Positions 23,989 through 35,254 of a DNA stretch of 64,000 bases are shown in pieces. Location of the stretch: contig KV454012.1 in the NCBI GenBank assembly GCA_001661245.1, positions 1,074,848 through 1,138,847 on the forward strand, read 5' to 3'. The notes below the pieces were generated by a model. The model was not told the DNA's origin. It did not search any database and was given only the letters and a program-made list of their open reading frames with translations. This DNA comes from Pachysolen tannophilus NRRL Y-2460. Its lineage: Eukaryota. Positions within the stretch are counted from its first letter, which is position 1. Each line of letters starts with the position of its first letter. The position numbers and the translations under genes are program-made.

Positions 23989-26067
23989 TTAAAATCGATT
24001 GCGGCCCCTAACTTTCTGTTTTTTCCCATCTTTATCATGATCAAATGGAGCACCACGTTTTTGAGCTACATTATTACCGCTTTCCTTTTCTTTACTTTCT
24101 TCTGTTGTTGGAAGAGGGAAATATTCAAGTTCTTGTTGTTTCTTTAATGAATTCCATTCATATTGCTTTCTCAGGTATAACTCCATAGACCAATTTTTCC
24201 AAACCAATTTACCATAAATACTATTTTTTATCTTTTCCCTATTATCGAACAATATTTTTGCAATTCTATCTTTATAATTATTCATTTTGATTGTGAAAAA
24301 CCATAATTTATCAAGAATATGAGAACCATAAGAATTACAAGCCAAGTTCACTATTATTTCATCACCACCTTTTAATAATGAATTCAAAAGTTTTCTTCTT
24401 GTAATAATATCAATTTTGACAAAATTTTCAAGGACTTGTTCAACAATATGAGAAAATATACCATGATAACACATATCTATCAAAGTTTTACTTGAACTAA
24501 AATTTAAAAAATTTTCAATGACTAATTTTAAAAAAGTATCATCATATGCCATTAATTTTTCTAAAAATAATGCTCTTCTTCTTTCTTCTGCTGTTGGCCA
24601 ATCACCTCTTGTATTTCCTAAAGTTGAAGAAGATAAATGCAAAACATTTTCAATAAAAATTGTATTTTTAGTTTCTTCATTTACTGATTTATTGAAAAAT
24701 TCTAAAAGTTTTTTAATAATTTCATCTTTGGCATAATTTTTTTTACTTATTGAAGCATCTATAAGAGCTTTAGCAATTTCTAAATTGTTTATTATTAATT
24801 CATTTAAATTTGGTACCAAATCGTCCATAACTTTAAATAAATCTTGTGACTTTAACCTCTGTAATAAGAGTTGAATAATATAAACTCCAGTTGTTTCTCT
24901 TTTTGCGATTTTTACTACTCTTTCAGACATATAGAGTCTAAATAATCTTTCAACATTTTTCAATCTTGCTTGTTTTAAAACCAGTTCAAAAAAATGAGAA
25001 CCAATTGGATCAGATAATAAATATTCCACAAATGCTTCTTCTTTTGGATCCTTTGGATCATCTTGTTTTTGGAAAACTAAATTCCAAAAAGGTCTATCTT
25101 TCAAAACTAATCCTTCTAACGATATTATTAAACTAAAAGTTGGAGAAGAGATAGGATTAATACATGCTTCTCTAACTTTAGCAGTATTAAGATCTTGATA
25201 AATTATCATCAAAATTTCTTTTAATTCTTCAAAAAAAATTGAAGGTATTTGATAAGCTCTATTTGAATCTGCATTATCCTTAATTTCAATCATCTTTCTC
25301 GCAATTTTGGATTTCTTTGATCTTAATATCGAATTGGATAAAACAGATGATGGTAATTCTCTTCCAGCTAAAATCATCAAGATTAATCTTAAAACATGAG
25401 ATGCATAAACATGTTGCATCATTGCTTTTAAATAAGATTTATATTCTCCAATCATATATAACACCATATTTTCCATTGTTACAAATGGTTCATCACCATC
25501 CAGATCATCTTGTTCCTCTTTTAAAGAATTTGGATTCAACAATTCTTTTTCAACTACTGCTGCACTTTTAACTAATAAAGTTTCAATACAATGAGAAGCA
25601 TATTTATGATGTGCCAATGCCACAAAATGACCATTAAAAGCTTTGAAAAGAGATTTCAATTGTCTATCATTAGAATTTAAAATCAATCTTTCAACCAATT
25701 TAGAACAAATCTGATTTGTAACTAATTTCATTTCTTTTCCTTTTGCTTCTTCAAAAACACTATTAATAAATATTGTTTTCTCTTCACTTGTTGCAAATGC
25801 ATTCAAATTCAAAGTCGACTCTGCTTGCTTAAAATAATCAAGCTCAGAAGAATCAACTAACCCAAAGAAAGGGGTCTTGATTTTCGGATCTACTTCATCG
25901 ATTTGTTCATCCAGTTCTACATCTAATGATTTATTATCTTCTGTAAAAACTTGTGCATCATCTAAATGATTAACTCCACCATCATCTCTCAATTTTTTTT
26001 TCTCAACAAGCTTCTGCAATCTTCTACCTCTTGTTTTTCCTTTACTTTTTCCCTCTGAAACCATCAT
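23989..26067 (-). CDS. NOP9: Nucleolar PUF-repeat protein Nop9
   Basis: FFGLVDSSELDYFKQAESTL, LVTNQICSKLVERL, HKYASHCIETL, GNTRGDWPTAEERRRALFLEKL; first ATG 26067. Confidence 0.92.
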   Translation of the reverse strand: MMVSEGKSKGKTRGRRLQKLVEKKKLRDDGGVNHLDDAQVFTEDNKSLDVELDEQIDEVDPKIKTPFFGLVDSSELDYFKQAESTLNLNAFATSEEKTIFINSVFEEAKGKEMKLVTNQICSKLVERLILNSNDRQLKSLFKAFNGHFVALAHHKYASHCIETLLVKSAAVVEKELLNPNSLKEEQDDLDGDEPFVTMENMVLYMIGEYKSYLKAMMQHVYASHVLRLILMILAGRELPSSVLSNSILRSKKSKIARKMIEIKDNADSNRAYQIPSIFFEELKEILMIIYQDLNTAKVREACINPISSPTFSLIISLEGLVLKDRPFWNLVFQKQDDPKDPKEEAFVEYLLSDPIGSHFFELVLKQARLKNVERLFRLYMSERVVKIAKRETTGVYIIQLLLQRLKSQDLFKVMDDLVPNLNELIINNLEIAKALIDASISKKNYAKDEIIKKLLEFFNKSVNEETKNTIFIENVLHLSSSTLGNTRGDWPTAEERRRALFLEKLMAYDDTFLKLVIENFLNFSSSKTLIDMCYHGIFSHIVEQVLENFVKIDIITRRKLLNSLLKGGDEIIVNLACNSYGSHILDKLWFFTIKMNNYKDRIAKILFDNREKIKNSIYGKLVWKNWSMELYLRKQYEWNSLKKQQELEYFPLPTTEESKEKESGNNVAQKRGAPFDHDKDGKKQKVRGRNRF

Positions 26068-26185
26068 TTGAACCACAAAAACTCAAAAACTCAAAAAAAA
26101 AAAAAGAAAAAACAAAAAAATAATAACTATACCCGTATCTTAAACCTTTATCTGTATAGTACCCTTATTCTTCTTCTTTTTGGCC

Positions 26186-26196
26186 TGAAAAATTTT
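26186..26196. promoter_or_regulatory. RRPE (TGAAAAATTTT) upstream of NOP9
   Basis: Exact RRPE motif about 120 bp upstream of a ribosome biogenesis gene; a second TGAAAAATTT near 26229. Confidence 0.6.
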
Positions 26197-26639
26197 TTTT
26201 TTTTTTTTTAAATTTTTTTTTTTTTTTTTGAAAAATTTACTCTGCGCATTTAAAGCTACGTGTGCGCATTGTAAAGTGCACTTTTAGATGCGCTTCTTAT
26301 TTCACAATAAGCGGACATAAATACGGCGAAGGAATTGCAATTACGACACGCATGCGGCTGTTGTTCTATTGTTTTTTTTTCTTTTTTTTTAAGTTTTGGG
26401 CGGCTCAAAGCTGGCGATAATCCCGACCTTATCGCCGCCCACCGAATACCTGCTGCAGTTGGTGGGCGATTACTGGTAGGCAGAGAGCTAAGACGACGCA
26501 ATTTGAAAAATGTGGTTTTGTTGAATTGATGGGAAAAGAGCTTAAATAGTTGAGAGTATCTGATTTGTTTTGTTTTGTTATTTACTTCAAGTTAAAAAGT
26601 GAAAAATAATAAATAAAAAAGAAAAGAGGGAAAAGCAAA

Positions 26640-29600
26640 ATGACAAATTCAAATTATCTTATCGGTATTGATGTTGGTGGGACAAATACAGATTCTGTGT
26701 TGGTGGATCCAGCTTTAATGGAAGAATCTGTTGGTAGTGGTGTTATAGCTTGGAATAAAAGTGTTACCACTGCAGATGTTTCTGATGGGATTGAAGCTGC
26801 AATTGCCAAATTATTTGAATCTGCACCACATGTTCCTAGAAAAAATGTTAGAGCAGTTACTATTGGAACTACTCATTTTATCAATGCTATCATTGAGCAA
26901 GATAGATCAAGGTTAGATAAAGTTGCTGTTCTTAGATTAGCTGGACCATATACACGCCATACTCCAGCATTTAGTGCTGATTTTCCTCCAGGATTAGTAG
27001 ATTTGATGAAAGGTTATATTGGGTATGTTGATGGTGGTCATAGAATTGATGGTAATGAAATTAGAAAATTAGATGAAGTTGCAATTAGAGATCATTGTCA
27101 AAAAATTAAAGAACTAGGAATTAGATCCGTAGCTATTATTGGAATTTTTGCAAATTTAAAACCTGAACATGAATTACGTGCTCAAAAAATTGTTTTAGAA
27201 GAATTGGGTGAAAATGTAAACGTTGTTGTATCTCATGAAATTTCTGGTATTAATTTTATTGAAAGAGAAAATGCTACAATTTTAAATGCTTCAATTATTA
27301 ATTTTGCTAAAACTATTATAAATTCTTTTTTAAATGCAGTTAGAAAACTAGGCTTTACTTGTCCACTTTTTTTAACTCAAAATAATGGTACTGTATTAAC
27401 AGTTGAAGAAGCTAGAAAATGTGCAATTAGAACTTTTTCAAGTGGTGCAACTAATTCAATGAGAGGTGCAAAATATTTATGTTCATCGATAAAAGAAATT
27501 AAGGGAAAATCAGTTATTATTGGAGATGTTGGAGGAACTACATTGGATGTAGGTTTATTATTACCAACTGGATTTCCTAGACTTTCTTCTAGTTTCTCTA
27601 CTGTTGGTGGTGTTAGAATGAATTTTTCAATGCCCTTTGTTGAAAGTGTTGGTTTAGGTGGTGGTTCAATTGTTAGAACTGATGATAAGACTGGTGAATT
27701 AAGTATTGGACCAGATTCCGTAGGTGCTGATATTGTCACTCGAAGTTTAGTCTTTGGTGGTGATGTCGTAACAACTACAGATGTAACAGTTTCCGTATCA
27801 GAGGAAGAATTATCAATTGGTAATTCTCAATTAGTTTCTCAAAAATTCAGTAACGAATTTGTGGAAAAATTTAACAAAGTCTTAGTTCATAAACTAGAAG
27901 CCGTTGTTGATAAGCTTAGAACTTCTCCAGATCCTTTACCACTTATCTTAGTTGGTGGTGGTTCTTTTATTATACCTCACGACAAAGTTAAAGTAGAAGG
28001 TGTTTCTTTAATATTAAGACCACAATTTTATCAAGTTGCAAACGCTATTGGTGCAGCAATGGGTAAATTGTCATCCGATATTCATCATGTACAAGTTGTT
28101 GACAATGCTTCTACAGCAGAACGTGAAAAGATTGTTTCTGAATTAGTTGAAAAATGTACCGATCAAATTGTAAAGAAAGGTGCTGTCAGAAAATCTGTTG
28201 AAGTAGTTGACATTTCTGTTGAACCAGTTCCTTATGTAGACAAAACTTTTAGTTTTAAGATTCAAGTCGTTGGTGATGTTGATTATGAAAGATTAATTGA
28301 TGCTTTTGATAAAGAGGCGACTGAAGAATCAAATTTATCTTTAGAGAAAGAGAAACATAAAATTTATAAAGATTCTGCTTTCAGTCATAACTCTAAAACA
28401 TTGGATAAACAACGGTCAGAAGAGAAGGAAGAAATTGATTACCTGACTTATAGGCCAACTATCAATAAAGATAGAGAATGGATCATTTCTAAAACCGATT
28501 TGGATTTCCTTAAAGTTGGAACTTACATTTTAGGTTGTGGTGGTGGTGGTAATCCATATCCTCATTATATTGATGTCTTAACCAGGATGAATGCAGACTC
28601 TACTGATGTTGTTAAAGTTGTTGATTATAAAGACGCTTTAAAATATGCAACTGATGGAATTGGTGGAGTGGTCACAGTTGGAAGTGCGGGTTCTCCAACA
28701 GTTGGTTGTGAACAATTAAAAGGTGATGAATTTAATCAATCCTTTAACCTTTTAGCTGATTATGTTGGGAAAAAACCTGATGCAGTAATGAACTTAGAAA
28801 TAGGTGGTGGAAACGGGTTTGCAAGTTTATGGTGTGGGTTGAAATCTAACTTTGATATTCCAGTTATTGATTGTGATTTGATGGGTAGAGCATATCCAAC
28901 ATTATGGCAAACTTTACCGCTTACTTTACAAGAATATGAAGATGGATCTTATTTCACACCATCTGCCTTCTCTGATGGAAACATGAATAAAATGGTGATC
29001 CAAGAAGCTCAAAATGATGTTATTATGGAAAATATCATAAGAGCTTCATTATCAGAAATTGGAGGTGCTGTTGCAGTGGTAACAAAACCTGCACCAATGG
29101 TTGATTTGAAAACTAGATCGGTTCACAACAGTTTGTCTTTGGCTTGGAGAATTGGTAAAGCTGTGTTACTTGCAAGGTCGCATTCTGAAATTGAAAATTT
29201 ACCATCAAAGATTTTGGATTCAATTGGTGGTAATGGAATTGTAGGAAAGTTATTGTTTAGAGGTAAAATAATTGGCGTCGACAGAAAATTGTTTAAAGGT
29301 CATATTTACGGAGAGGTTATAATTGAAAATGAATCTTTAGATAAATTAAGAATTCCATTTAAAAACGAAAATATATCTGCTGACTTGCTTCCATATGATT
29401 CCAAAAATGCTTCATCAAAGGATTCTTGGGAAACAATTTGTTCAGTTCCAGATTTGATCACTGTTTGTGATGCAAATACCGGTGATGCTGTGGGTACTCA
29501 GGATTATAGATATGGATTACAGGTCTTTGTGTTAGGAATTGCTCCAAGTAATCTTTGGACTGATACTGAAAAAGCTATTGAAATTGGAGGTCCTAAGTCA

Positions 29601-29687
29601 TTTGGTCCAATGTTCCAAAGTATGGTTTACAAGCCAATAGGAAAATACATTAAACCAGTTAGTGTTATCGACGAATATGCTAGCTAA
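26640..29687 (+). CDS. Hydantoinase/oxoprolinase A-family protein fused to a C-terminal DUF917-type domain
   Basis: IGIDVGGTNTD, IGTTHFINA, ERENATILNA, DVGGTT and ANAIGAA (hydantoinase A); ILGCGGGGNPY, EIGGGNG, DLMGRAYP, FKNEN and VPDLI (DUF917). Confidence 0.85.
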   Translation: MTNSNYLIGIDVGGTNTDSVLVDPALMEESVGSGVIAWNKSVTTADVSDGIEAAIAKLFESAPHVPRKNVRAVTIGTTHFINAIIEQDRSRLDKVAVLRLAGPYTRHTPAFSADFPPGLVDLMKGYIGYVDGGHRIDGNEIRKLDEVAIRDHCQKIKELGIRSVAIIGIFANLKPEHELRAQKIVLEELGENVNVVVSHEISGINFIERENATILNASIINFAKTIINSFLNAVRKLGFTCPLFLTQNNGTVLTVEEARKCAIRTFSSGATNSMRGAKYLCSSIKEIKGKSVIIGDVGGTTLDVGLLLPTGFPRLSSSFSTVGGVRMNFSMPFVESVGLGGGSIVRTDDKTGELSIGPDSVGADIVTRSLVFGGDVVTTTDVTVSVSEEELSIGNSQLVSQKFSNEFVEKFNKVLVHKLEAVVDKLRTSPDPLPLILVGGGSFIIPHDKVKVEGVSLILRPQFYQVANAIGAAMGKLSSDIHHVQVVDNASTAEREKIVSELVEKCTDQIVKKGAVRKSVEVVDISVEPVPYVDKTFSFKIQVVGDVDYERLIDAFDKEATEESNLSLEKEKHKIYKDSAFSHNSKTLDKQRSEEKEEIDYLTYRPTINKDREWIISKTDLDFLKVGTYILGCGGGGNPYPHYIDVLTRMNADSTDVVKVVDYKDALKYATDGIGGVVTVGSAGSPTVGCEQLKGDEFNQSFNLLADYVGKKPDAVMNLEIGGGNGFASLWCGLKSNFDIPVIDCDLMGRAYPTLWQTLPLTLQEYEDGSYFTPSAFSDGNMNKMVIQEAQNDVIMENIIRASLSEIGGAVAVVTKPAPMVDLKTRSVHNSLSLAWRIGKAVLLARSHSEIENLPSKILDSIGGNGIVGKLLFRGKIIGVDRKLFKGHIYGEVIIENESLDKLRIPFKNENISADLLPYDSKNASSKDSWETICSVPDLITVCDANTGDAVGTQDYRYGLQVFVLGIAPSNLWTDTEKAIEIGGPKSFGPMFQSMVYKPIGKYIKPVSVIDEYAS

Positions 29688-29776
29688 ATTAAAATCATTA
29701 AATATAATTTAATAACTACATAGAACAATACATTATACAAATATACATATTAGCAATTAATTAAAACAAAAATTTA

Positions 29777-30541
29777 TCATTTTCCATGAATCCAAGAAGG
29801 TTCCCAGTATAAAATTTCTCCATCTTCACCTTGCTCATCAATCCATAATAACCCATTACTAACCATATCATCTAATATCGACTTACATCTTATATATTCC
29901 CACTGGAAATTATCTCTCAATAAAGCCACTGAAACATAACCTCCTATAAAATTGCAAGTCTCCAATATTAAGTTTTCATCCTTATTTAAGGCTTGAGGTA
30001 TTACTTTAATATAATTTTTAGAACCAATCTGAATTATTTTCAATTCATCGCCCAAAGTTTTCAAACAACCTATTGATTTTATTATATCACTTTCACTTAT
30101 TTTAAAATTAAGTGGCATTAAAGAGTTCATATTATAACTCAAATTTAACAATTTTTTCAATTCTTTCATTTTAATTATACCTCCATTAATGTTTTTGGTC
30201 TCATTACAAGTCTCAATTATCTTAATAGCTAATTCAAAATAAAATTCATCATTTTTAACAACAATATTACTTAATTCTTCATTATTACTACTGTTCCCTA
30301 CTAATGGATTGACTCCAAAGCTTGAACATATTTTACTAAACTCTGATCTAAATTTTGGATTTTCTACTATTTCCTTATGATGTTCTTTTGAATAATTTAT
30401 TAATGCATTTTGGAAAACTTGCAATTGAGTTGCCAATTCCGTTGATTGTTTCTCCAATAATGAGTTCCCCAAATTTTGAAATTGTTTCTCAATATCTGAA
30501 TAATTTTCAAAAGCAGAAAGTCCCAATTTCTTGTTATTCAT
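29777..30541 (-). CDS. SNF8: ESCRT-II subunit Snf8/Vps22
   Basis: GLSAFE, QLQVFQ..L, NPKFRSEFSKICSSFGVNPL, FYFELAIKIIE.C, NGG, GLLWIDEQ, YWEPSW. Confidence 0.93.
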   Translation of the reverse strand: MNNKKLGLSAFENYSDIEKQFQNLGNSLLEKQSTELATQLQVFQNALINYSKEHHKEIVENPKFRSEFSKICSSFGVNPLVGNSSNNEELSNIVVKNDEFYFELAIKIIETCNETKNINGGIIKMKELKKLLNLSYNMNSLMPLNFKISESDIIKSIGCLKTLGDELKIIQIGSKNYIKVIPQALNKDENLILETCNFIGGYVSVALLRDNFQWEYIRCKSILDDMVSNGLLWIDEQGEDGEILYWEPSWIHGK

Positions 30542-30899
30542 TATTAGATCATTACATTGAATGAATTAGATATATATATACTTTTAGAGAAGAAGATAAG
30601 AATAATACTTGAATTTAAACGGTTTTTAAAGTGTCTTCTCTACAATTAGTATACTACAATCAAGTCATGTGACACGACTTTTTGTCATTTCAACATATTA
30701 ACGACAACAACAACGACGATGAATACCACGACGTCGAGTACTACGACAACGAAAAAAATCCTACAAGGTCTAGGTTAGTTCCTATAATGATCATAAATTG
30801 ATCACTTTAAAAAAAAAAAGAATAAATAGAATTAAGTTTTCATGTTATTATTTTATTTTATTTTGTTTTATATTTTAATTTATTTCTAAACATTTTCCT

Positions 30900-32477
30900 T
30901 TAAATGAAGTCGAAATCACTACCATCCTGTAAGTAATTCAACAAATCTTGTTCTCTTTCCTTTGACTCCAAATCATTTTTCAAGTTTATTCTATTGTTAT
31001 TCATTGGATAACGCATAGCTTTGACACTATCATTGTGTAAGGACATGCAAAACTTGATACGCAGGTCATATATTTCTTGAGGTTCTTTTGTTGAATAAAC
31101 ATCGAGTAATTCTTTACTTTGCATAAAACCTTCCTCATGGTTTATTTCTGCATCTAATACACCATCTCTTATTGCTTTGGCGACAATATATTCTGCACTT
31201 AATTCACTATCCAAGTGTAATTTTATGCAAATATCTCTCAATGAAATTTTTGAATAAGATAACGATAAGATTCTAATACCTGTTTTAATGACATTTTGAC
31301 GTAATCTTAAAACCAAATTATAATTATCATCTTTTTTCAAAGTTGCAGAATATTTATCTAAAGTACTACTAAACAAATTTAAATCTCCTAATCTAACTGC
31401 TTTAGTTACCGCCAAATAAGGAACTAATGATTGTTCCAATAATGGGTCTCTAAAAGTTGATAATTCTGGAATATCACCCATCAATAATTCCACAACAATA
31501 TTTAATTTAGTAGCACTCTGTAAAAATCCTGTTGAAAATTTTGATTGAGGAGATTTTCTAATAGCGGAAATAGCAAATTCATGAGCATCTGAATAATTTA
31601 ATTGAATAGCAGTAATTCTTGCCAAATAATAATAATAACGAGCAACTAATGAATTTGAAACAGTAGTTGGAAATTCAGTTTTTTCCACCAAGTTTGAAGC
31701 CTGACTTATATCATTAGTCAACAAATAATTTCTTAAAAGTAAAGTTATTGTTGAAGCTCTTGTTTCATTATCATGACGTAAAGTTGCAGTACGTAATGCC
31801 AATAATAATTCCGATCTAATTGGAACCAATTTATTTAACAATTCATTTGTTCTCAGAATATAAAACCAAACTTTTGATGCAATAAAATCTAAAGTTCTTC
31901 TATTGTAACTTTTCAAGGCAATTACAACTTTTTTATTTAATTGATTTAATTTTTTTAAATCATTTTGATCATGAAGATAAATTTGTACTAATAAATGAGT
32001 AAAAATATCCAATTCAGGTAAAATTTCTTGGTCTCCTTGCATCTCCACATCATTATCTTTATCTCTATCTCCTTCATCAATTTCCATAGATCCATTTTCA
32101 TATCTTACATTATCCAATAAATATGCCTTATTTGGATGATCATTAGGATATTTTGCATCAATGGCCTTATACAAAGCTTCACTTGTCAATTTACGTCTCA
32201 AAGGACCCAATTCACGGAAAACTCTTAAAATATAACGTGGATCAAAATTCGTTGCCGATTTCTCAATTAAATTAAAATCATTATTAATTTCTACTCAAAA
32301 GAAAAAAAAAAAAAAATAAATTAGTTAGTTAGTAACAAAGAACTCAAAACAAATTAAAATTTAATTTTTTTNTTTTTTTTTTAAAATAAAATATCATTTT
32401 CAATCCCACTTACCTTCAATTAACAACGGCTCTAAATCAACATTATTCAACTCTGGCTTCGAAATTACTTCAGACAT
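30900..32477 (-). CDS. RPN3: 26S proteasome lid subunit Rpn3; exons 32477-32414 and 32290-30900
   Basis: Intron 32413-32291 (GTAAGT, TACTAAC, TAG); FDPRYILRVFR, YNRRTLD, LLLRNYL, ARYYYY, ELLMGDIPE, RLRQNVIKTGIR, KAIRDGV. Confidence 0.94.
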
Positions 32478-32578
32478 GATCGATGGATTTTTCACTCAAG
32501 AATTGAATAGGTAAAATCCAACTATTCAAAGATCATAAATATATAAATATATAATAAATATATTCTACTTTTCTATCT

Positions 32579-32586
32579 GGTGGCAA
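32579..32586. promoter_or_regulatory. PACE (Rpn4 site) core GGTGGCAA upstream of RPN3
   Basis: About 100 bp upstream of a proteasome subunit ATG. Confidence 0.7.
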
Positions 32587-32678
32587 CATTGATTTTTTTC
32601 GGTTTGATGAAAAGCAAAACCTTTTTTGTGTTAAAATGCACTACTATACAAGAAAGGGGTAAAACCCCACTGTAATAA

Positions 32679-35069
32679 CTAGAGAGAAAAGGGGGTACCG
32701 AACGATGATGAAGAGGTAGAAGTGGTGGTGGAGGAAGAGGAGCTGTTGATTTCGATGATGATGTTGATGAGAGTTCCAAAACACCAGAAACCAACCATCA
32801 TAAAACCAATTGCTCGATCAAACTTCCAATTGTTGAAAAAAGGTATATAAATAATTAAAAAAATTAAGTTGAGTAATAAACATGTGCTAGAAACGATCAA
32901 TGAAGGGTCGATTTCGAAATCAAAATAGCTTGTATTGTTTTGCTCTATTACCACCAAGCCATTCATTCCAATTCCCAATAAGATGTTGAGCAAAGGTCCA
33001 CCAAAACATGCAGCTAAGGACATGAGTGGGAATCCCATTTTGGCTATTGTGAAATTTGAAATTAGATCACCAATTGAATTACCAATGGCAAAAATTGTAA
33101 GCCCTAATATGGCTTCGGATAAATCTAAATAGATTGAAAAAAATTTCAAAATATTGATGAGTTCCTTGGCAAAAATGGATATCCAAGCTATTGAAGTCAT
33201 AAATCCAATAAATGCTAATAATATTTGAATGAAATTTTTAAAATTATGATATTTTGTTGTATCTTTTAATATTGAAAAAATAATAACAGAAAAGATTGTT
33301 GAAAAAATTAATGATATTAGAATAGTTATTAATTTTGGTTCAAATATTGTCAAGGAAAGCATAATAGTTGATAATGCAGTTTGAATTATTATCAATAATA
33401 ATTCATTATTTAATTTGGATCCAGAAACTGTTCTATTGGTAATATCTGCATCAATATTTTCATGAAATGATGAAAATTCGGGATTTTCAAAATTAAAATC
33501 ATCATTTCTATTCATAATTAAATCACTATTATTTCTAACTGGAATGGTTAATCTTAATAGTAATAAAACTGGAATGCAAAATAAATTAAACAATTTACTA
33601 ATAAAATTTAAGCGACTAATTTTTTTCAAATTTGGTAATAATACAAGGAGAAAATTATCATTTGAAAAAAGTTCCCCATTATTGTTGAATTTCATCTTTG
33701 TGAAATAAAGCTTTATATTATCTATTATATTTTCTTGTGAAAATTTTGGTTGATTCTGCTCTTGTGTACTTTCTTCTATTTCTTCTTCTTCTTGATCTGT
33801 ACCATCATTTCTTGGTACATCATTGATCCTTGATTCGTAATCCAATACAGAGTCATCTGGATTATCTCTATACAGCCTAATATTAGCAGGGGAAGTAAAA
33901 GGTGCAGGAGCATAGTCTGTATAAGGATTATACGGTAAAGGCTCAGTTTTCGGTCTTTTATTATTCATTAAACTTTGTTTAATTAGTTTTGCTTGTTGTT
34001 CATCGGAAACTACTGAAATTGGTTTATTAGTTGTTGATAAATCTTTTAAATGAATATTACCTGTATTTTGCAAAGTTCTTTGTTTTGATAAATCAGCCAA
34101 CACTGTACTAAATTCTAAAGCATCTAATAATGAAGGTCTTAATATTGCATTATAAGATGATGATAAATTATGATTTGGTGTTGTAAGAGGCGATAATGTA
34201 TCTGGATAAAAAATTTCACGAGCATTATTCGAATTATTTGAATTATTATTATTATTTTGTTCGAGTTCATCATCTATTTCTTCCAAATCTTCAATAACTA
34301 TATCATTTTGGTTATAATTATAGACATTTCTAACTTTTCTATCTAATTCCATCTGTTCATTATTCATTTTCAAGATCCAACTCCAGCTAATAATAATCAA
34401 CACATAGATAATGTATAATAAAACCATAGTCAAACATTCAATAAAATTTAATTTTGAATCAGATAAAAATACAATAACCAAAATTATAGATATAATGAAA
34501 AAAATCAAATCTCTTATATAAACAAGTTTATCTTGACCTTGATTTGTTTCATTATTACAAATTTCAAAAGGAGAAACAATTGCCATAGTACCAATAACAA
34601 TAGAAGTTATTAAAAAAGCAGAACCAACTAATTCACCAATTGCTAATGAGCCATTATCTGAAGCAAAAGAATTATACGTTGCTAATATATCTGGGGAGCC
34701 ATTCCCAAACGCCAATAAGGTCAATCCAGAAAGGTTATCAGGAATATTAAAATAATATGAAATTGTTGATAAATTGGGACATAAAAATTCTGAAGAAGTT
34801 AACCCTAAAGATATGAAAATATATAACAACAAGAATCCCATCCCACAAAGAATTAATATATGAATGAAAATTGAATCTGTAGAACAATAATACAATTTAA
34901 AATAATCAATATATCCAATTTGAAATTCTTTACAATAATTTTTAACAAACAAACACTTGTCTTCTGACACCGATAATTCTTTTACTTCATAACATGTTTT
35001 ATTCTCATCTCCAAAGCACAACGGTATCACCAGAATCAAACAGAGAATCAACAACCAGTTTCTCCTCAT
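32679..35069 (-). CDS. Cation/Ca2+ exchanger (CCX, Ecm27/Ycx1-like)
   Basis: Alpha repeats GLTLLAFGNGSPD and GLTIFAIGNSIGD, ACFGGPLLNIL, N-terminal signal-like segment; first ATG 35069. Confidence 0.85.
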   Translation of the reverse strand: MRRNWLLILCLILVIPLCFGDENKTCYEVKELSVSEDKCLFVKNYCKEFQIGYIDYFKLYYCSTDSIFIHILILCGMGFLLLYIFISLGLTSSEFLCPNLSTISYYFNIPDNLSGLTLLAFGNGSPDILATYNSFASDNGSLAIGELVGSAFLITSIVIGTMAIVSPFEICNNETNQGQDKLVYIRDLIFFIISIILVIVFLSDSKLNFIECLTMVLLYIIYVLIIISWSWILKMNNEQMELDRKVRNVYNYNQNDIVIEDLEEIDDELEQNNNNNSNNSNNAREIFYPDTLSPLTTPNHNLSSSYNAILRPSLLDALEFSTVLADLSKQRTLQNTGNIHLKDLSTTNKPISVVSDEQQAKLIKQSLMNNKRPKTEPLPYNPYTDYAPAPFTSPANIRLYRDNPDDSVLDYESRINDVPRNDGTDQEEEEIEESTQEQNQPKFSQENIIDNIKLYFTKMKFNNNGELFSNDNFLLVLLPNLKKISRLNFISKLFNLFCIPVLLLLRLTIPVRNNSDLIMNRNDDFNFENPEFSSFHENIDADITNRTVSGSKLNNELLLIIIQTALSTIMLSLTIFEPKLITILISLIFSTIFSVIIFSILKDTTKYHNFKNFIQILLAFIGFMTSIAWISIFAKELINILKFFSIYLDLSEAILGLTIFAIGNSIGDLISNFTIAKMGFPLMSLAACFGGPLLNILLGIGMNGLVVIEQNNTSYFDFEIDPSLIVSSTCLLLNLIFLIIYIPFFNNWKFDRAIGFMMVGFWCFGTLINIIIEINSSSSSTTTSTSSSSFGTPFSL

Positions 35070-35254
35070 TATCCCACTCCACAATCATTATTTATAAAAG
35101 ATAAAAATTTAAATAAAGAAGAAAGAAAAAAAAAAGAGAACTTTTTAATATAAAATATAACTAAAAAAAAAAAGGAAAAATAAAAAAGAAAATTCCCCTT
35201 TATTTTATATATTTTATATATTACTTATTGATAGTTGAGATCTTTAATGATTCG

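Noticed and set aside
30664..30673. GTCATGTGAC as a CDEI-like point-centromere element
   Set aside because: No CDEII/CDEIII arrangement follows; more likely a bHLH site in the SNF8 promoter
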